The position numbers and the translations under genes were made by a program. 64,000 nucleotides of DNA from an uncultured Bordetella sp. (GTDB lineage: Bacteria; Pseudomonadota; Gammaproteobacteria; Burkholderiales; SG8-41), in NCBI GenBank assembly GCA_964531455.1, contig CAZHFZ010000008.1:17219-81218 (forward strand). Reading direction: 5' to 3'. Shown here piece after piece: positions 20,998 through 33,388 of this stretch. Numbering within the stretch: position 1 is the first letter of the stretch; each line of letters opens with the position of its first letter. The notes beneath the pieces were generated by a model. The model was not told the DNA's origin. It made no database searches and saw nothing but the letters and a program-made list of their open reading frames with translations.

Positions 20998-22347
20998 TCA
21001 GGCTGCTGCGCTTACTGCCTTTGCAATCGCAGCAGCACAGCGCGAAACGATTTGTTTCGACTTGCCTTCGACCATAACCCGGATGACAGGCTCGGTACCG
21101 GACGGCCGCAGCAATACCCGGCCATCATTACCGAGGATTTTTTCTGCTGCTGAAACCGCCTTTTGCACCACTGCAGCGGCAACAATATCGCGTGCCGAAC
21201 CGCCGGCAAATCGCACATTCACCAGCACCTGCGGATACAGCTTGAAATCAACGGCCTGATCCAGTGTCTTGCCCGCTGCCAGCAGTGCCTGCATGACCTG
21301 AAGCGCGGACACGATAGCGTCACCTGTAGTGTGCTGATCCAGACAAATGATGTGGCCGGAATTTTCGCCACCGATCTGCCAGCCCCGCCCGTGCAACATC
21401 TCCAGTACATAACGGTCACCGACCTTGGCACGCGCGAAAGGAATCTTCTGTTTCGCCAGCGCCTGCGCCATGGCGAGGTTGGTCATCTGCGTCCCCACCA
21501 CGCCACCGCGCAACGAGCGCGCGCTCTTGCGGTGCGCTGCAATAACGTAAAGCAGTTCATCGCCGTCGAAAATGCGACCCTTTGCGTCAGCCATGATCAG
21601 CCGGTCACCATCCCCGTCCAGCGCAACGCCGATGTCCGCCTTCGCACGTCTGACCGCACGCTGCAGTGATTCGGCGTGTGTCGCCCCCACACCTTTGTTG
21701 ATATTAAAGCCATCCGGTTGAACACCAACTGTCACTACGTCAGCGCCAAGTTCGTGGAACACATGCGGCGCGATGTGGTAGCCGGCGCCATTCGCGCAGT
21801 CGACCGCAACGCGCAGGCCATGCAGATCCATCTTTGCAGGAAATGTGCTTTTGCAGAATTCGATGTAACGGCCGGCCGCGTCATCCATGCGCCGCGCCTT
21901 GCCCAGCCCGGAAGAGGACTTGCACTTGAGCGGTTGATCAAGCGCCAACTCAATTGCAGACTCGGTCGCATCGGCCAGTTTGTTGCCGTCAGCTGAAAAG
22001 AACTTGATTCCATTGTCCTGGTAGGGGTTGTGCGAGGCACTGATGACAATGCCGGCAGATAGCCGAAGAGTTCGTGTCAGGTAGGCAACACCAGGTGTGG
22101 GCATCGGACCGACCAGAAGCACATCGACGCCGGCGGATGACAGCCCGGCCTCCAGCGCGGACTCGAGCATGTAACCCGAAACGCGGGTGTCCTTGCCGAT
22201 GAGTACGGTCGGACGACCGCTGCCAGTGGATTTACCGGCAAGCACCTTGCCCGCCGCATAACCCAGACGCATTACAAAATCCGGCGTAATGGGTGCATCA
22301 CCCACCGTGCCGCGGACACCGTCAGTACCGAAATATTTCCTGCTCAT
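20998..22347 (-). CDS. glmM: Phosphoglucosamine mutase
   Basis: 449 aa. [14 protein letters not shown]-terminus and phosphoserine loop [11 protein letters not shown]. Confidence 0.97.
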   Translation of the reverse strand: MSRKYFGTDGVRGTVGDAPITPDFVMRLGYAAGKVLAGKSTGSGRPTVLIGKDTRVSGYMLESALEAGLSSAGVDVLLVGPMPTPGVAYLTRTLRLSAGIVISASHNPYQDNGIKFFSADGNKLADATESAIELALDQPLKCKSSSGLGKARRMDDAAGRYIEFCKSTFPAKMDLHGLRVAVDCANGAGYHIAPHVFHELGADVVTVGVQPDGFNINKGVGATHAESLQRAVRRAKADIGVALDGDGDRLIMADAKGRIFDGDELLYVIAAHRKSARSLRGGVVGTQMTNLAMAQALAKQKIPFARAKVGDRYVLEMLHGRGWQIGGENSGHIICLDQHTTGDAIVSALQVMQALLAAGKTLDQAVDFKLYPQVLVNVRFAGGSARDIVAAAVVQKAVSAAEKILGNDGRVLLRPSGTEPVIRVMVEGKSKQIVSRCAAAIAKAVSAAA

Positions 22348-22559
22348 GGTTTATTTCCCGCCAAGATTCTTTTCAATACCCGATCAATGGGTACGCCAGG
22401 AACGTCAAAAAAGGCTTGAAGAATAGCAGCAAATGCGGTGTGGAAAAACCGCACCATAACCCGTTCTGAGTTGCCTGGGCTTTACTGATAATTCCGGATT
22501 CTTGTTGTTTATGACGCTTTTGGCGTCATGGCGGCGAAAAAGCCGTGGCTTGCCTGTGA

Positions 22560-23381
22560 TTAATCCCTGACAGCATTCCACACCGCCAGCGCATCACGCG
22601 TTGCGGCGACATCATGAACTCGCAGGATGGCCGCGCCGCGCTGGGCCGCAATCAAGGCCGCAGCCACGCTACCGAATACCCGCTCCCCGACTTCGCGACC
22701 GGTCAGCGCGCCGATCATCGATTTGCGCGACAGGCCGGCCAGAACCGGTACACCCGCAGCCTTGATCCGGTCCAGTTCCCGCAGCAACAACAGGTTATGT
22801 GCCAGCGTTTTTCCGAAACCAAAGCCGGGATCGATCACCAGCCGTGATCGCGCAATCCCGGCCGCTTCTGCAGCGACAATGCGCGCCCGCAGATAAGCAT
22901 CCACCTCGGCCACCACATCGCAATACTGCGGTGCCTCCTGCATGGTCTGCGGCTGCCCCTGCTTGTGCATGATGCATACCGCGCAGTCGCTGCCCGACAC
23001 GGCCTGCAGTGCGCCTTCAGCCTCGAAGCCATTGACATCATTGATCATTGCGGCGCCCGCCGCTGCAACCTCGCGCATCAGTTCCGGCTTCTGCGTATCC
23101 ACAGAAAGGGGAATATTCGCGGGCAGCAGCGCTTCCAGTACCGGCAGTACGCGACGACGCTCCTCATCCAGACTGACCGCAGCAGCGCCCGGTCGCGTCG
23201 ACTCGCCACCGATATCGAGAAAATCCGCGCCTTCATCAATCATCCGTCGCGCATGCTCCACTGCCGCATCGAGCCGCAGGTAATGCCCGCCATCGGAAAA
23301 GGAGTCAGGCGTGACGTTTACCACCCCCATCAGCAGAGGTCGCACCAACTTCAGCCTGAACTTGCCGCATTGAAGAATCAT
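22560..23381 (-). CDS. folP: Dihydropteroate synthase
   Basis: ORF 22560..23405 trimmed to MILQCGKF at 23381. Motif GVVNVTPDSFSDGG. Confidence 0.93.
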   Translation of the reverse strand: MILQCGKFRLKLVRPLLMGVVNVTPDSFSDGGHYLRLDAAVEHARRMIDEGADFLDIGGESTRPGAAAVSLDEERRRVLPVLEALLPANIPLSVDTQKPELMREVAAAGAAMINDVNGFEAEGALQAVSGSDCAVCIMHKQGQPQTMQEAPQYCDVVAEVDAYLRARIVAAEAAGIARSRLVIDPGFGFGKTLAHNLLLLRELDRIKAAGVPVLAGLSRKSMIGALTGREVGERVFGSVAAALIAAQRGAAILRVHDVAATRDALAVWNAVRD

Positions 23382-23448
23382 CAGCCGGAAATGAAACGAG
23401 GGCACCGTGGCACCCTCGTTTCAGTCAACAGGTTGGAACGTTGCAGAA

Positions 23449-25338
23449 TTATGCTTCTGCAGCCGGGTTGCTGGTTGCGGAAGCCGTCGGCGTATTGTCT
23501 TTAGGCGGCTTCGGTACCGGGTTGGCCAGGGGCTTCGGCGGACGCGGCGGACGGCCGGCCATGATGTCGTCGATCTGCTCGGCATCAATGGTTTCCCAGT
23601 CGAGCAGCGCCTTGGCCATTACCTCAACCTTGTCGCGGTTGTCTTCGAGAATCTTGCGCGCCAGCCCGTACTGCTGATCAAGGAGGCGGCGGATTTCCGC
23701 ATCGACCTTGCGCATGGTTTCCTCTGACATGTTCTTGTGCGTGGTCACCGAGCGGCCGAGGAACACTTCACCCTCGTTTTCGGCGTAAACCATCGTGCCG
23801 AGACTCTCGGTCATTCCCCAGCGGGTCACCATATTGCGCGCCATATCGGTCGCACGCTCGAAGTCATTGGAAGCGCCGGTCGTCATCTGCCCCATGAAAA
23901 CTTCCTCGGCGATGCGCCCGCCGAAAAGCACGGCGATGTTCTGCAGAATCTGCTCACGATCAAGGCTGTAACGGTCTTCCGTCGGCAACTGCATGGTCAC
24001 ACCCAAGGCGCGGCCACGCGGAATGATGGTGACCTTGTGCACCGGATCAGTCCGGGTCAGCAGCTTCGCAACCACTGCATGGCCGGACTCGTGATACGCG
24101 GTGTTCTTGCGCTCATGTTCAGGCATGACCATCGAACGCCGCTCGGCGCCCATGATGATTTTGTCTTTCGCGCGCTCAAAATCTTCCATATCGACAAGAC
24201 GCTTGCTGCCGCGCGCGGCAAACAGTGCCGCCTCGTTGACCAGATTGGCCAGATCAGCGCCTGAGAATCCCGGCGTGCCCCGTGCCAATACATCGGCCTT
24301 GACATCCGGTGCGATCGGCACCTTGCGCATGTGCACCTGGAGAATCTGGTCGCGACCACGGATGTCCGGCAACGGCACCACAACCTGACGGTCAAAACGA
24401 CCCGGGCGCATCAGCGCCGGATCCAGCACGTCCGGACGGTTGGTTGCAGCGATGATGATGACGCCGGAGTTTGCTTCGAAACCATCCATTTCGACCAGCA
24501 GCTGGTTCAGAGTCTGCTCACGCTCGTCATTACCGCCGCCGAGGCCGGCACCGCGCTGGCGACCGACCGCATCGATCTCGTCAATGAACACGATGCAAGG
24601 CGCGTGTTTCTTCGCATTCTCGAACATATCGCGAACGCGGGCCGCGCCCACGCCGACAAACATTTCGACAAAATCCGAACCGGAGATCGAGAAGAACGGC
24701 ACTTTTGCCTCACCCGCAATCGCCCGTGCCAACAGGGTTTTGCCGGTACCGGGATTGCCGACCATCAACACGCCGCGCGGAATGCGCCCGCCGAGCTTCT
24801 GGAACTTCGACGGGTCACGCAGGAATTCAACCAGTTCCGAAACTTCCTCTTTCGCTTCTTCGCAACCGGCGACATCCGCGAAAGTAACGGTGTTGTTGTT
24901 TTCGTCGAGCATCCGCGCGCGGCTCTTGCCGAACGAGAATGCGCCGCCGCGACCGCCGCCCTGCATCTGACGCATGAAGAACACCCAGACGCCGATCAGC
25001 AGAAGCATCGGGAACCAGGACACGAAGATGTTCATCAGCAAGGAAGGCTCTTCCTCCGGCTTCGCTTCCACAATGACACCGTTCTTCAACAGGTCGGTGA
25101 CCATCCAGATATCGGAAGGAGAATAGGTGGTGAATTTTTCTCCAGTGGACTTGACGCCTTTGACGACGCGACCTTCGATCGTCACCTTGGCAATCTTGCC
25201 CTGCTTCACCTCGTCGATGAACTGGGAATACTCCATGGCCTTTTGCGTGGTCTGCCGCGTGTTGAACTGGTTGAACACTGTCATCAGTACCAGCGCGATC
25301 ACCAGCCAGATGGCCATATTTTTCATCAGATTGTTCAA
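23449..25338 (-). CDS. ftsH: ATP-dependent zinc metalloprotease FtsH
   Basis: 629 aa. Walker [12 protein letters not shown] region, zinc site HESGHA. The TTG start at 25338 has an AGGAG 5 nt upstream. Alternative ATG at 25326. Confidence 0.97.
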   Translation of the reverse strand: MNNLMKNMAIWLVIALVLMTVFNQFNTRQTTQKAMEYSQFIDEVKQGKIAKVTIEGRVVKGVKSTGEKFTTYSPSDIWMVTDLLKNGVIVEAKPEEEPSLLMNIFVSWFPMLLLIGVWVFFMRQMQGGGRGGAFSFGKSRARMLDENNNTVTFADVAGCEEAKEEVSELVEFLRDPSKFQKLGGRIPRGVLMVGNPGTGKTLLARAIAGEAKVPFFSISGSDFVEMFVGVGAARVRDMFENAKKHAPCIVFIDEIDAVGRQRGAGLGGGNDEREQTLNQLLVEMDGFEANSGVIIIAATNRPDVLDPALMRPGRFDRQVVVPLPDIRGRDQILQVHMRKVPIAPDVKADVLARGTPGFSGADLANLVNEAALFAARGSKRLVDMEDFERAKDKIIMGAERRSMVMPEHERKNTAYHESGHAVVAKLLTRTDPVHKVTIIPRGRALGVTMQLPTEDRYSLDREQILQNIAVLFGGRIAEEVFMGQMTTGASNDFERATDMARNMVTRWGMTESLGTMVYAENEGEVFLGRSVTTHKNMSEETMRKVDAEIRRLLDQQYGLARKILEDNRDKVEVMAKALLDWETIDAEQIDDIMAGRPPRPPKPLANPVPKPPKDNTPTASATSNPAAEA

Positions 25339-25469
25339 AACCGCTCCTTGTGGCGCTTCAATTTTGCGCCTTGGTTTCGCGCCCCGTTTTAGGCCGGCGC
25401 ACGCCCTAACTTGTTCAATTCTAAACGCTTTTACAATGCACCGCAGCAGGGCACAACAAACCGGCCTGG

Positions 25470-26096
25470 CTACGTTACTGCTTTAAGACCCTTGGCCACC
25501 AGATATACCTCATTGGAACGGCTGCGGGAGGCCTCGGGCTTGCGAATCACGACCTGGACAAAGCTGCGGCGTACGTCCGCAACAAGTTGCTCAAACCCCG
25601 ATCCCTGGAAAACTTTGACCAGGAAATTACCTTGAGGTTTCAAATGGTTGATCGCAAAATCGAGTGCCAACTCAGCCAATCCGATACTGCGTGCCTGGTC
25701 CACGCTCGCAACACCGCTCATATTGGGTGCCATATCGGAAAGCACAAGGTCCACAGGCCTTCCATCCAGAAATTTTTCAACCTCTGCCAACACCGAATCA
25801 TCACCAAAGTCGCCCTGCACGAAGCGCACTGCCGGTATCGGAAGCATTTCGAGCAAATCCACACCGACCACCCGCCCCTCGGTACCGACCGCACGTCCGG
25901 CTACTTGGGACCACCCGCCGGGAGCCGAACCCAGATCAACGACAACCATGCCTGGTTTCAACAGATTGTCACGCTCCGCCAGCTGCTGCAGCTTGTAGGC
26001 AGCCCGCGAGCGCATTCCTTCGGCCTGCGCCTTGCGCACATAAGGGTCTGTGACATGCTCCTGCATCCAGGCCTTGCTGGTCTTGTTACGCGCCAT
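25470..26096 (-). CDS. rlmE: 23S rRNA (uridine2552-2'-O)-methyltransferase RlmE/FtsJ
   Basis: 208 aa. SAM motif [13 protein letters not shown]. Conserved rlmE-ftsH arrangement. Confidence 0.95.
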   Translation of the reverse strand: MARNKTSKAWMQEHVTDPYVRKAQAEGMRSRAAYKLQQLAERDNLLKPGMVVVDLGSAPGGWSQVAGRAVGTEGRVVGVDLLEMLPIPAVRFVQGDFGDDSVLAEVEKFLDGRPVDLVLSDMAPNMSGVASVDQARSIGLAELALDFAINHLKPQGNFLVKVFQGSGFEQLVADVRRSFVQVVIRKPEASRSRSNEVYLVAKGLKAVT

Positions 26097-26152
26097 GATC
26101 AGAACACCCGTGCACCGGCCGCACTTGCAGTGCGACCTGTTAAACTTCGCCC

Positions 26153-26530
26153 ATGATTACCCTTAATGCCGCTCAGCGCCGCGCACTTAAAGCCCGGGCA
26201 CACCCTCTGCGCCCAGTTGTCATGATCAGTGATGCCGGACTGACGCCGTCGGTACTGAATGAAATCGATGTCAACCTGAAAAGTCATGAACTGATCAAGA
26301 TCCGCGTGTTTGGAGACGACCGCGCTGCCCGAGCCACGTTGATCGACGACATCAGCACAAAGCTGGATGCCGCACTGGTGCAGCATATCGGAAAAATTCT
26401 GGTCATTTACCGGCCGCGTCCCGACGAGGATGCCGAAAGCGGCAACGCTTCCGCCGCGAAAAAGAAATCCGGAAGGTCGCGAGTCAATAAAGGGCCAAGA
26501 CGCACCAAGCGCAGCTTCCAGATGGAGTAA
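26153..26530 (+). CDS. yhbY: CRM-domain RNA-binding protein YhbY
   Basis: 125 aa. [25 protein letters not shown]-domain N-terminus. Basic ~30-aa C-terminal tail. Divergent from rlmE as in many proteobacteria. Confidence 0.85.
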   Translation: MITLNAAQRRALKARAHPLRPVVMISDAGLTPSVLNEIDVNLKSHELIKIRVFGDDRAARATLIDDISTKLDAALVQHIGKILVIYRPRPDEDAESGNASAAKKKSGRSRVNKGPRRTKRSFQME

Positions 26531-26570
26531 GGGGAGTAAGGTCTCGCCGCACACCGCTCGTATAGCGGTT

Positions 26571-27029
26571 CTATTTCGAACGGCCGAGAAGCACAATCAT
26601 TGCCGCACCCAGCAGACTCTGGATGACGTAGAGCACACTGGAGACGCCGTGCCAGGCTGAAAAACGGTCCCTCAGCACGGATTCCATGACCTGCTTGGGG
26701 AAAGCCTCTTCCTTGAGTGCCGCCATGACTGGCTGAATACCGAATTCTCCGGCGCACACCAGAACCAGCATTAACAGCACAATCCAGAACACTCCCTGCT
26801 TGAATGCGGAAGAGCCGTAGCGGACAACACGGAATACCAGAAGATAGACCGCACTGGCAATCCCGATCCATGCGATCAGCGAAAACAGCTTGCCTGCAAT
26901 CAGGCCGGCGAGCGCACGGTCACCAAGACGTGAAAAAAGCACGGGGGCTACGACGTAGCCGATCGCCCACATGCCGCCGACCCACAGCGTCGCCACGATC
27001 GACTGCAGCGCCTCGGCAACCCGCCCCAT
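26571..27029 (-). CDS. Small integral membrane protein (DUF4149-like, 4 TM)
   Basis: 152 aa with four hydrophobic segments. 1-nt overlap (TGATG) with the greA stop. Family name is from memory and unverified. Confidence 0.65.
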   Translation of the reverse strand: MGRVAEALQSIVATLWVGGMWAIGYVVAPVLFSRLGDRALAGLIAGKLFSLIAWIGIASAVYLLVFRVVRYGSSAFKQGVFWIVLLMLVLVCAGEFGIQPVMAALKEEAFPKQVMESVLRDRFSAWHGVSSVLYVIQSLLGAAMIVLLGRSK

Positions 27030-27508
27030 CAGACGTATCGAATGTCGATGATTTCGTACTCCCGAACACCACCCGGGGCCTGCACCTCGGCGACATCGCC
27101 GGCGTATTTGCCAATCAGCGCACGCGCAATCGGCGAACTGATCGATATCTTGGACAACTTGATGTCAGCCTCGTCGTCGCCGACGATCTGATAAGTCACC
27201 TTGCCGCCGGAAGTAATGTCTTCCAGCTCAACCGTTGCGCCAAATACGCAGCGTCCGTCAGTGTCAATGGTCGCAGGATCGATGATCTGCGCATTAGAGA
27301 TTTTCGATTCCACCTCGGCAATACGACCTTCGATGAAACTCTGCCGCTCTTTCGCCGCCGAATACTCTGCATTTTCGGACAAATCGCCATGTGAACGAGC
27401 CTCCGCAATGGCGGCAATAATCGCCGGCCGCTGCACGGTTTTAAGCTCGTGTAATTCAGTACGCAGCAATTCCGCGCCGTGCACTGTCAATGGTGTTTTT
27501 GCATTCAT
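27029..27508 (-). CDS. greA: Transcription elongation factor GreA
   Basis: 159 aa. Coiled-coil N-terminus with the acidic tip ([13 protein letters not shown]) and a GreA C-terminal domain. Confidence 0.95.
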   Translation of the reverse strand: MNAKTPLTVHGAELLRTELHELKTVQRPAIIAAIAEARSHGDLSENAEYSAAKERQSFIEGRIAEVESKISNAQIIDPATIDTDGRCVFGATVELEDITSGGKVTYQIVGDDEADIKLSKISISSPIARALIGKYAGDVAEVQAPGGVREYEIIDIRYV

Positions 27509-27537
27509 GGGTTTACCCTGGTTGTTTCAGGCAGATG

Positions 27538-30500
27538 TCAGGCAACCAACCGCTTGTGCAGATCCTGCAGCGCATAAACCTGGAGCTCGCGCGCCTGAGC
27601 CATGCCGTTGGCTGCAGCGCGTGCACCAGCGAGCGTCGTATACAGTGTAACGCGCTGCTGCAGCGCCGCGCGACGGATCGAATACGAATCACGGATCGCC
27701 GAGCGTTTTTCCTCGACCGTGTTGATGATCAACACGATTTCGCCATTCTTGATCATGTCGACAATATGCGGCCGACCTTCTGCAACCTTGTTGACGCGCG
27801 TTACCGCAAGACCGCCCGCCTCCAGCGCCTTCGCCGTCCCGTGGGTAGCCACCAGCGTAAAACCCATGCCAGTAAGGACCCGGGCAATATCAAGCACGCG
27901 CTCCTTGTCAGCATCGCGGAGACTGACAAAGACCTTGCCGGATTTCGGCAGACGCTCGCCAGAACCCAACTGGGATTTGACGAAAGCCTCGGCAAAGGTT
28001 TCGCCAACGCCCATCACTTCGCCGGTTGATTTCATTTCCGGCCCGAGGATGGTGTCCGCCCCCGGGAACTTGATGAAGGGGAATACAGCTTCCTTGACAC
28101 AAAAATACGGAGGCACGATTTCGCGCGTTACACCCTGATCCGCCAATGAGCGGCCGGCCATGCAGCGGGCGGCAATCTTGGCCAGCGGCAGTCCGGTCGC
28201 CTTGGACACAAACGGAACCGTGCGCGACGCCCGCGGATTCACTTCCAGCACATAGACCACATCACCTTCAGGTCCGTTCTGGATGGCGAACTGCACATTC
28301 ATCAGGCCATTGACCTTCAATGCCGTGGCCATGGCCACAGTCTGCCTGCGCAGTTCTTCCTGTAATTCAGGAGAAAGCGAAAAAGGCGGCAACGAGCATG
28401 CCGAGTCGCCGGAATGCACGCCTGCCTGCTCAATATGCTCCATCACGCCACCAATGATTACTTCGGCGCCGTCGCTGATGGCATCGACATCAACCTCAAT
28501 AGCATCATTGAGAAATCTGTCCAGCAATACCGGCGAATCATTGGAAACCTTGATCGCCTCACGCATATACCGCTCAAGTTCGCTCTGCTCGTGGACAATT
28601 TCCATGGCGCGGCCGCCCAGCACATAGGAAGGGCGTACCACCAGCGGATAACCAATCTCGGCTGCGGCAGCCAGCGCCTTCTGTGCACTGCGTGCGGTTC
28701 GGTTCGGCGGCTGCTTGAGTTTAAGTTTGGTCAGCAGCTTCTGGAAGCGCTCACGGTCTTCGGCAATATCGATCGAATCCGGCGACGTGCCAATGATGGG
28801 CACTCCGTTGGCCTCAAGATCGCGCGCAAGTTTCAGCGGCGTCTGTCCGCCAAACTGCACGATTACACCAACGGGTTTTTCCAGGGCAACGATTTCCAGC
28901 ACATCCTCAAGCGTTAACGGCTCGAAATACAGACGATCGGAAGTGTCGTAGTCGGTCGAAACGGTCTCGGGATTACAGTTGACCATGATGGTCTCGAACC
29001 CGTCTTCGCGCAGCGCCAACGCGGCATGCACGCAGCAATAATCGAATTCGATGCCCTGCCCGATACGGTTGGGCCCGCCACCAAGAACCATGATCTTCTT
29101 GCGATCGGTGGGCTGCGCCTCGCAGTCCTCTTCGTACGTCGAATACATGTACGCCGTGCTGGTTGAGAACTCGGCCGCGCAGGTATCCACGCGCTTGTAG
29201 ACCGGGCGCACACCCAGCGCATGACGATGCGCGCGCAAGACGTCCTGCTCCACCAGCAGCAGATTGGCAAGCCGGCGGTCGGAAAAACCTGCGCGCTTGA
29301 GCCTGCGCATGTCTACTGCATCAATGTCTTCCAGTTTACGACCGGCAAGCATCTTTTCCTGCCGGATGATGTCCTCGATCTGGGCGAGGAACCATGGATC
29401 AATATGCGAAAAACCATGGACCTCGTCCAGAGTCATTCCGCAACGGAAAGCGTCAGCTACGTAAAATATTCGTTCCGGACCGGGATCGCCCAACTCATTC
29501 TCGATGGCATCGATATCGGTGGTTTTTTCGTCAAATTCGTCAACACCGGTCTCCAGCCCGCGCAGGGCCTTCTGCATCGATTCCTGAATGGTGCGCCCCA
29601 TGGCCATCACCTCTCCCACCGATTTCATCTGGGTGGTCAGGCGATCATCAGCCTGAGGGAATTTCTCGAATGCAAACCGCGGGATTTTGGTTACGACGTA
29701 ATCGATGCTGGGCTCAAACGACGCCGGGGTCGCTCCGCCGGTAATCTCATTGCGCAACTCATCAAGCGTGTAGCCAATCGCCAGTTTTGCGGCGACCTTG
29801 GCGATCGGAAAACCCGTGGCTTTCGAGGCCAATGCCGATGAACGCGACACTCGGGGATTCATCTCGATGATGACCATTCGGCCATCCTTTGGATTGATAC
29901 CGAATTGCACGTTCGAACCACCGGTTTCAACCCCGATCTCGCGCAGGCACGCGATCGAGGCATTACGCATGATCTGGTATTCCTTGTCAGTCAGCGTCTG
30001 CGCCGGCGCCACAGTGATCGAATCACCGGTATGCACCCCCATTGGATCGAAGTTTTCGATCGAGCAGATGATGATGCAGTTGTCGTTGCGGTCGCGCACG
30101 ACCTCCATCTCGTACTCTTTCCAGCCGATGACCGACTCTTCAACCAGCACTTCCTTGGTCGGACTGGCATCGAGGCCGCGCTCGATGATGGCAACAAATT
30201 CTTCGCGGTTATAGGCAATTCCGCCACCAGTGCCGCCCAGCGTGAACGAAGGCCGGATAATCGTCGGGAAACCAACTGCCGCCTGCACCTGGAGCGCCTC
30301 TTCAAGGCTGTGCGCCAGCGCGGAGCGCGGGCTGTCGAGCCCGATCTTGGCCATCGCCTTCTTGAATTTTTCGCGATCCTCCGCCTTGTCGATGGCTTCT
30401 TTGGATGCACCGATCATTTCCACGCCGTACTTTTCCAGCACCCCGTGCTTGGCAAGGTCAAGCGCACAGTTCAACGCGGTCTGACCGCCCATTGTCGGCA

Positions 30501-30759
30501 GCAGTGCATCCGGACGCTCGGCAGCGATGATTTTTTCCACCACCTGCCAGGTCACCGGCTCTATATAAGTTGCATCCGCCATGCCCGGATCAGTCATGAT
30601 CGTCGCCGGGTTTGAATTCACCAGGATGACGCGATAACCTTCTTCGCGCAGCGCCTTGCAGGCCTGCGCACCGGAGTAATCAAATTCACAGGCCTGACCA
30701 ATGATGATCGGGCCAGCACCGATGATGAGAACCGATTTGATGTCTGTACGTTTGGGCAT
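27538..30759 (-). CDS. carB: Carbamoyl-phosphate synthase large subunit
   Basis: 1073 aa. [31 protein letters not shown]-terminus and duplicated ATP-grasp halves. Confidence 0.98.
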   Translation of the reverse strand: MPKRTDIKSVLIIGAGPIIIGQACEFDYSGAQACKALREEGYRVILVNSNPATIMTDPGMADATYIEPVTWQVVEKIIAAERPDALLPTMGGQTALNCALDLAKHGVLEKYGVEMIGASKEAIDKAEDREKFKKAMAKIGLDSPRSALAHSLEEALQVQAAVGFPTIIRPSFTLGGTGGGIAYNREEFVAIIERGLDASPTKEVLVEESVIGWKEYEMEVVRDRNDNCIIICSIENFDPMGVHTGDSITVAPAQTLTDKEYQIMRNASIACLREIGVETGGSNVQFGINPKDGRMVIIEMNPRVSRSSALASKATGFPIAKVAAKLAIGYTLDELRNEITGGATPASFEPSIDYVVTKIPRFAFEKFPQADDRLTTQMKSVGEVMAMGRTIQESMQKALRGLETGVDEFDEKTTDIDAIENELGDPGPERIFYVADAFRCGMTLDEVHGFSHIDPWFLAQIEDIIRQEKMLAGRKLEDIDAVDMRRLKRAGFSDRRLANLLLVEQDVLRAHRHALGVRPVYKRVDTCAAEFSTSTAYMYSTYEEDCEAQPTDRKKIMVLGGGPNRIGQGIEFDYCCVHAALALREDGFETIMVNCNPETVSTDYDTSDRLYFEPLTLEDVLEIVALEKPVGVIVQFGGQTPLKLARDLEANGVPIIGTSPDSIDIAEDRERFQKLLTKLKLKQPPNRTARSAQKALAAAAEIGYPLVVRPSYVLGGRAMEIVHEQSELERYMREAIKVSNDSPVLLDRFLNDAIEVDVDAISDGAEVIIGGVMEHIEQAGVHSGDSACSLPPFSLSPELQEELRRQTVAMATALKVNGLMNVQFAIQNGPEGDVVYVLEVNPRASRTVPFVSKATGLPLAKIAARCMAGRSLADQGVTREIVPPYFCVKEAVFPFIKFPGADTILGPEMKSTGEVMGVGETFAEAFVKSQLGSGERLPKSGKVFVSLRDADKERVLDIARVLTGMGFTLVATHGTAKALEAGGLAVTRVNKVAEGRPHIVDMIKNGEIVLIINTVEEKRSAIRDSYSIRRAALQQRVTLYTTLAGARAAANGMAQARELQVYALQDLHKRLVA

Positions 30760-30761
30760 AT

Positions 30762-31901
30762 TTACGTCCGCGCGAGGCGCTGCTCCATCGACTTCACGAA
30801 GCGGTCGAACAGGTAATCGACGTCATGCGGGCCCGGACTCGCCTCGGGGTGCCCCTGGAAGCAGAACGCCGGTTTGTCAGTCAGGGTGAAACCCTGAAGG
30901 CTGCCGTCGAACAGCGAAACATGGGTGACCCGTGCGTTGGCGGGCAGCGTCGCCGAATCCACAGCAAAACCGTGATTCTGGCTGGTGATCATCACCCGCT
31001 TCGAATCCAGATCCTGCACCGGGTGGTTTGCGCCGTGATGGCCGAATTTCATTTTCAGGGTCTTCGCGCCGCAGGCCAGCGCCAGCAGCTGGTGGCCCAG
31101 GCAAATTCCGAACAGTGGCAGACCGGCCGCGAGGAATTCACGAATGGCGCGAACCGCGTAGTCGCAGGGCTCGGGATCACCCGGGCCGTTCGACAGGAAC
31201 ACGCCATCCGGCTTGAGCTTCATGACATCCGCCGCAGCCGTCTGTGCGGGCACCACGGTCAGTTTGCAGCCGCGGGAAGCAAGCATGCGCAGAATGTTGC
31301 GTTTGACGCCGAAGTCGTAGGCAACAACATGGAAACGTGCACCGGTGCGTTTGCCATAGCCGCTGCCGAGTTGCCACTCGGTTTCGTCCGTCTCGTAGGA
31401 CTTGGCGCAGGAAACCACCTTGGCCAGATCCATGCCGACCAGCCCCGGAAACTCACGGGCCGCCTGGAGCGCGGCCTGTTCATCAATCCTGCCCGCCATG
31501 ATGCAGCCGTCCTGCGCGCCCTTGTCGCGCAGCAGGCGCGTCAGCTTGCGGGTATCAATATCGGCGATGGCGACGATGTTTTCGCGCTTCAGATAATCGC
31601 TGAGATTCCAGTTTTCGCGAAAATTCGAAGACCGTAAAGGCAAATCGCGGATGACCAAGCCGGCGGCTTGGACTTTTTCGGACTCGACATCTTCGGTATT
31701 GGCGCCGGTATTGCCGATGTGAGGGTAAGTCAGGGTAACGATCTGCCGGCAGTACGACGGATCGGTAAGGATTTCCTGGTAACCGGTCAGCGCGGTGTTA
31801 AACACCACTTCGCCGGCCACGATACCCTCGGCGCCGATCGCGGAGCCTTGGAATACCGTGCCATCCTTGAGTACGAGAATGGCGGGCGTGCGCGATGACA
31901 C
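30762..31901 (-). CDS. carA: Carbamoyl-phosphate synthase small (glutaminase) subunit
   Basis: 379 aa. GTG start with AGGAG RBS. Triad context GICLGHQ. Confidence 0.97.
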   Translation of the reverse strand: MSSRTPAILVLKDGTVFQGSAIGAEGIVAGEVVFNTALTGYQEILTDPSYCRQIVTLTYPHIGNTGANTEDVESEKVQAAGLVIRDLPLRSSNFRENWNLSDYLKRENIVAIADIDTRKLTRLLRDKGAQDGCIMAGRIDEQAALQAAREFPGLVGMDLAKVVSCAKSYETDETEWQLGSGYGKRTGARFHVVAYDFGVKRNILRMLASRGCKLTVVPAQTAAADVMKLKPDGVFLSNGPGDPEPCDYAVRAIREFLAAGLPLFGICLGHQLLALACGAKTLKMKFGHHGANHPVQDLDSKRVMITSQNHGFAVDSATLPANARVTHVSLFDGSLQGFTLTDKPAFCFQGHPEASPGPHDVDYLFDRFVKSMEQRLART

Positions 31902-31979
31902 AACAAGCTCCTGATTTTATTGGGTTTGATACGACAAGCGGGATGGGTTTGGGCCCGTCCCGCTGTTCTTGAAGAAAGA

Positions 31980-32008
31980 ATTATACGCGAGGGCGGGAGA
32001 CCCGACAA
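31980..32008 (-). promoter_or_regulatory. Candidate sigma-70 promoter of carAB (TTGTCG-N17-TATAAT)
   Basis: Read on the minus strand: -35 at 32008-32003 and -10 at 31985-31980 with exactly 17-nt spacing, ~80 nt upstream of the carA GTG. Confidence 0.45.
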
Positions 32009-32062
32009 ACCGTACAGCCCGCCTTCCCGAAAAATCAGCGACTTAATGCAAAACCTTGGTGC

Positions 32063-32884
32063 TTAATCCGCCTGTTTCAGACCCAGCACGTCCCACATAT
32101 CGTAAAGACCCGCCGGTTTACCCGTCAGAAACTGCGCAGCACGCAGGGCGCCCTGCGCGTAGGTGGTGCGACTACCCGAACGATGAGTGATCTCGACCCG
32201 CTCTCCGGTGCCGGCAAACAGCACAGTATGATCGCCAACGATATCGCCGCCGCGGATGGTGGCAAATCCGATGCTGCCGGGCTTGCGCTCCCCGGTGTGA
32301 CCCTCACGCGCATAGACTGCGCAATCAGACAGTTTTTTGCCCATGGCCCCGGCAACCACCTCGCCCATTTTCAATGCCGTCCCCGAAGGCGCATCAACCT
32401 TGTGTTTGTGATGCGCCTCGATTATTTCGATATCGTGATCAGATCCCATTGCTTTCGCCGCCATCTCCAGCAATTTCAGGGTGACGTTGACGCCGACACT
32501 CATGTTCGGGGCGAAAACAATGCCGATGTCGTGTGCGGCATCAGCAATCGCCTTTTTGCCTGCATCGTCAAATCCGGTGGTTCCGATCACCATCCCGACC
32601 TTGAGTTTGCGGCAGATGGCAAGATGCTGCAGGGTGCCTTCCGGCCGAGTGAAATCGATCAGCACGTCGCAAGCAGCAAGCACCTGCCCGGGCTTGTCGC
32701 TGATCAGCACACCACAGGGTGCACCGCCCAATGCACCGGCATCGCAGCCGATCTGCGGACTTCCAGTCATTTCCAGCGCAGCAGCCAGCACCGCATTATC
32801 ATCTTGCGCCACGGCATCAAGCAGCATGCGCCCCATACGGCCACCACTGCCGGCAATTGCGATTCGAGTCGGTTTCCGGTTCAT
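32063..32884 (-). CDS. dapB: 4-hydroxy-tetrahydrodipicolinate reductase
   Basis: 273 aa. [15 protein letters not shown](P) motif, plus [15 protein letters not shown]. Confidence 0.95.
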   Translation of the reverse strand: MNRKPTRIAIAGSGGRMGRMLLDAVAQDDNAVLAAALEMTGSPQIGCDAGALGGAPCGVLISDKPGQVLAACDVLIDFTRPEGTLQHLAICRKLKVGMVIGTTGFDDAGKKAIADAAHDIGIVFAPNMSVGVNVTLKLLEMAAKAMGSDHDIEIIEAHHKHKVDAPSGTALKMGEVVAGAMGKKLSDCAVYAREGHTGERKPGSIGFATIRGGDIVGDHTVLFAGTGERVEITHRSGSRTTYAQGALRAAQFLTGKPAGLYDMWDVLGLKQAD

Positions 32885-32886
32885 GA

Positions 32887-33276
32887 CTATTTCTTCTCAG
32901 TCGCCGCAGCCGGTGCAGCAGCTGGTTTTGCATCAACAGGCTGCGCTGCGCCACTCGCTTTGACATCACCTTCAATCCGCAACAACTCATTTCCGCTGAA
33001 CACAATAGCCACAACACGCTGCTCAGTGAGCTCCCCTGCCTTGTACATCATGTAAAAATAATCCCAGCGATCGTTACGGAACGGATCAACAATCAGCGGG
33101 GTTCCGAGCGCGAACCGGACCTGACTGCGCGTCATCCCGGGCTTGAGTTTCGCAACCATGTCCTGAGTCACATAGTTGCCCTGCTGAATGTCAATCTTGT
33201 ATGGCTTAAGCGGAATCAGGGCCGTGGTGCTGCAGCCTGCCAGCATCATTGCCATTATTATCAGTAGTATTCTCAT
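32887..33276 (-). CDS. bamE: Outer-membrane protein assembly factor BamE (SmpA/OmlA) lipoprotein
   Basis: 129 aa. Lipobox MLAGC|[10 protein letters not shown] and GMTRSQV motifs of BamE. Confidence 0.85.
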   Translation of the reverse strand: MRILLIIMAMMLAGCSTTALIPLKPYKIDIQQGNYVTQDMVAKLKPGMTRSQVRFALGTPLIVDPFRNDRWDYFYMMYKAGELTEQRVVAIVFSGNELLRIEGDVKASGAAQPVDAKPAAAPAAATEKK

Positions 33277-33388
33277 GGGGATTTGGTCGTATCGCGTTGC
33301 CTGCCCGTTATCATGCGGCAGCAGGCTTTGCTGATATCATATCCGAGAACCAGTGCGCATGAGCACACCATTCACCACAGGACGCGCG

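Noticed and set aside
22348-22559. 212-nt folP-glmM spacer with hairpins (ATGACGC-TTTTG-GCGTCAT at 22511-22529; GGTGTGG-AAAAA-CCGCACC) as a possible riboswitch or sRNA
   Set aside because: The stems are short, no U-run or recognisable aptamer consensus is present, and no known RNA family is associated with glmM leaders. Noted but not called.
33332-33343. TGATATCATATC upstream of fur as a possible Fur box
   Set aside because: It only loosely resembles the 19-bp GATAATGATAATCATTATC consensus, with one partial hexamer pair. That is insufficient without PWM scoring.
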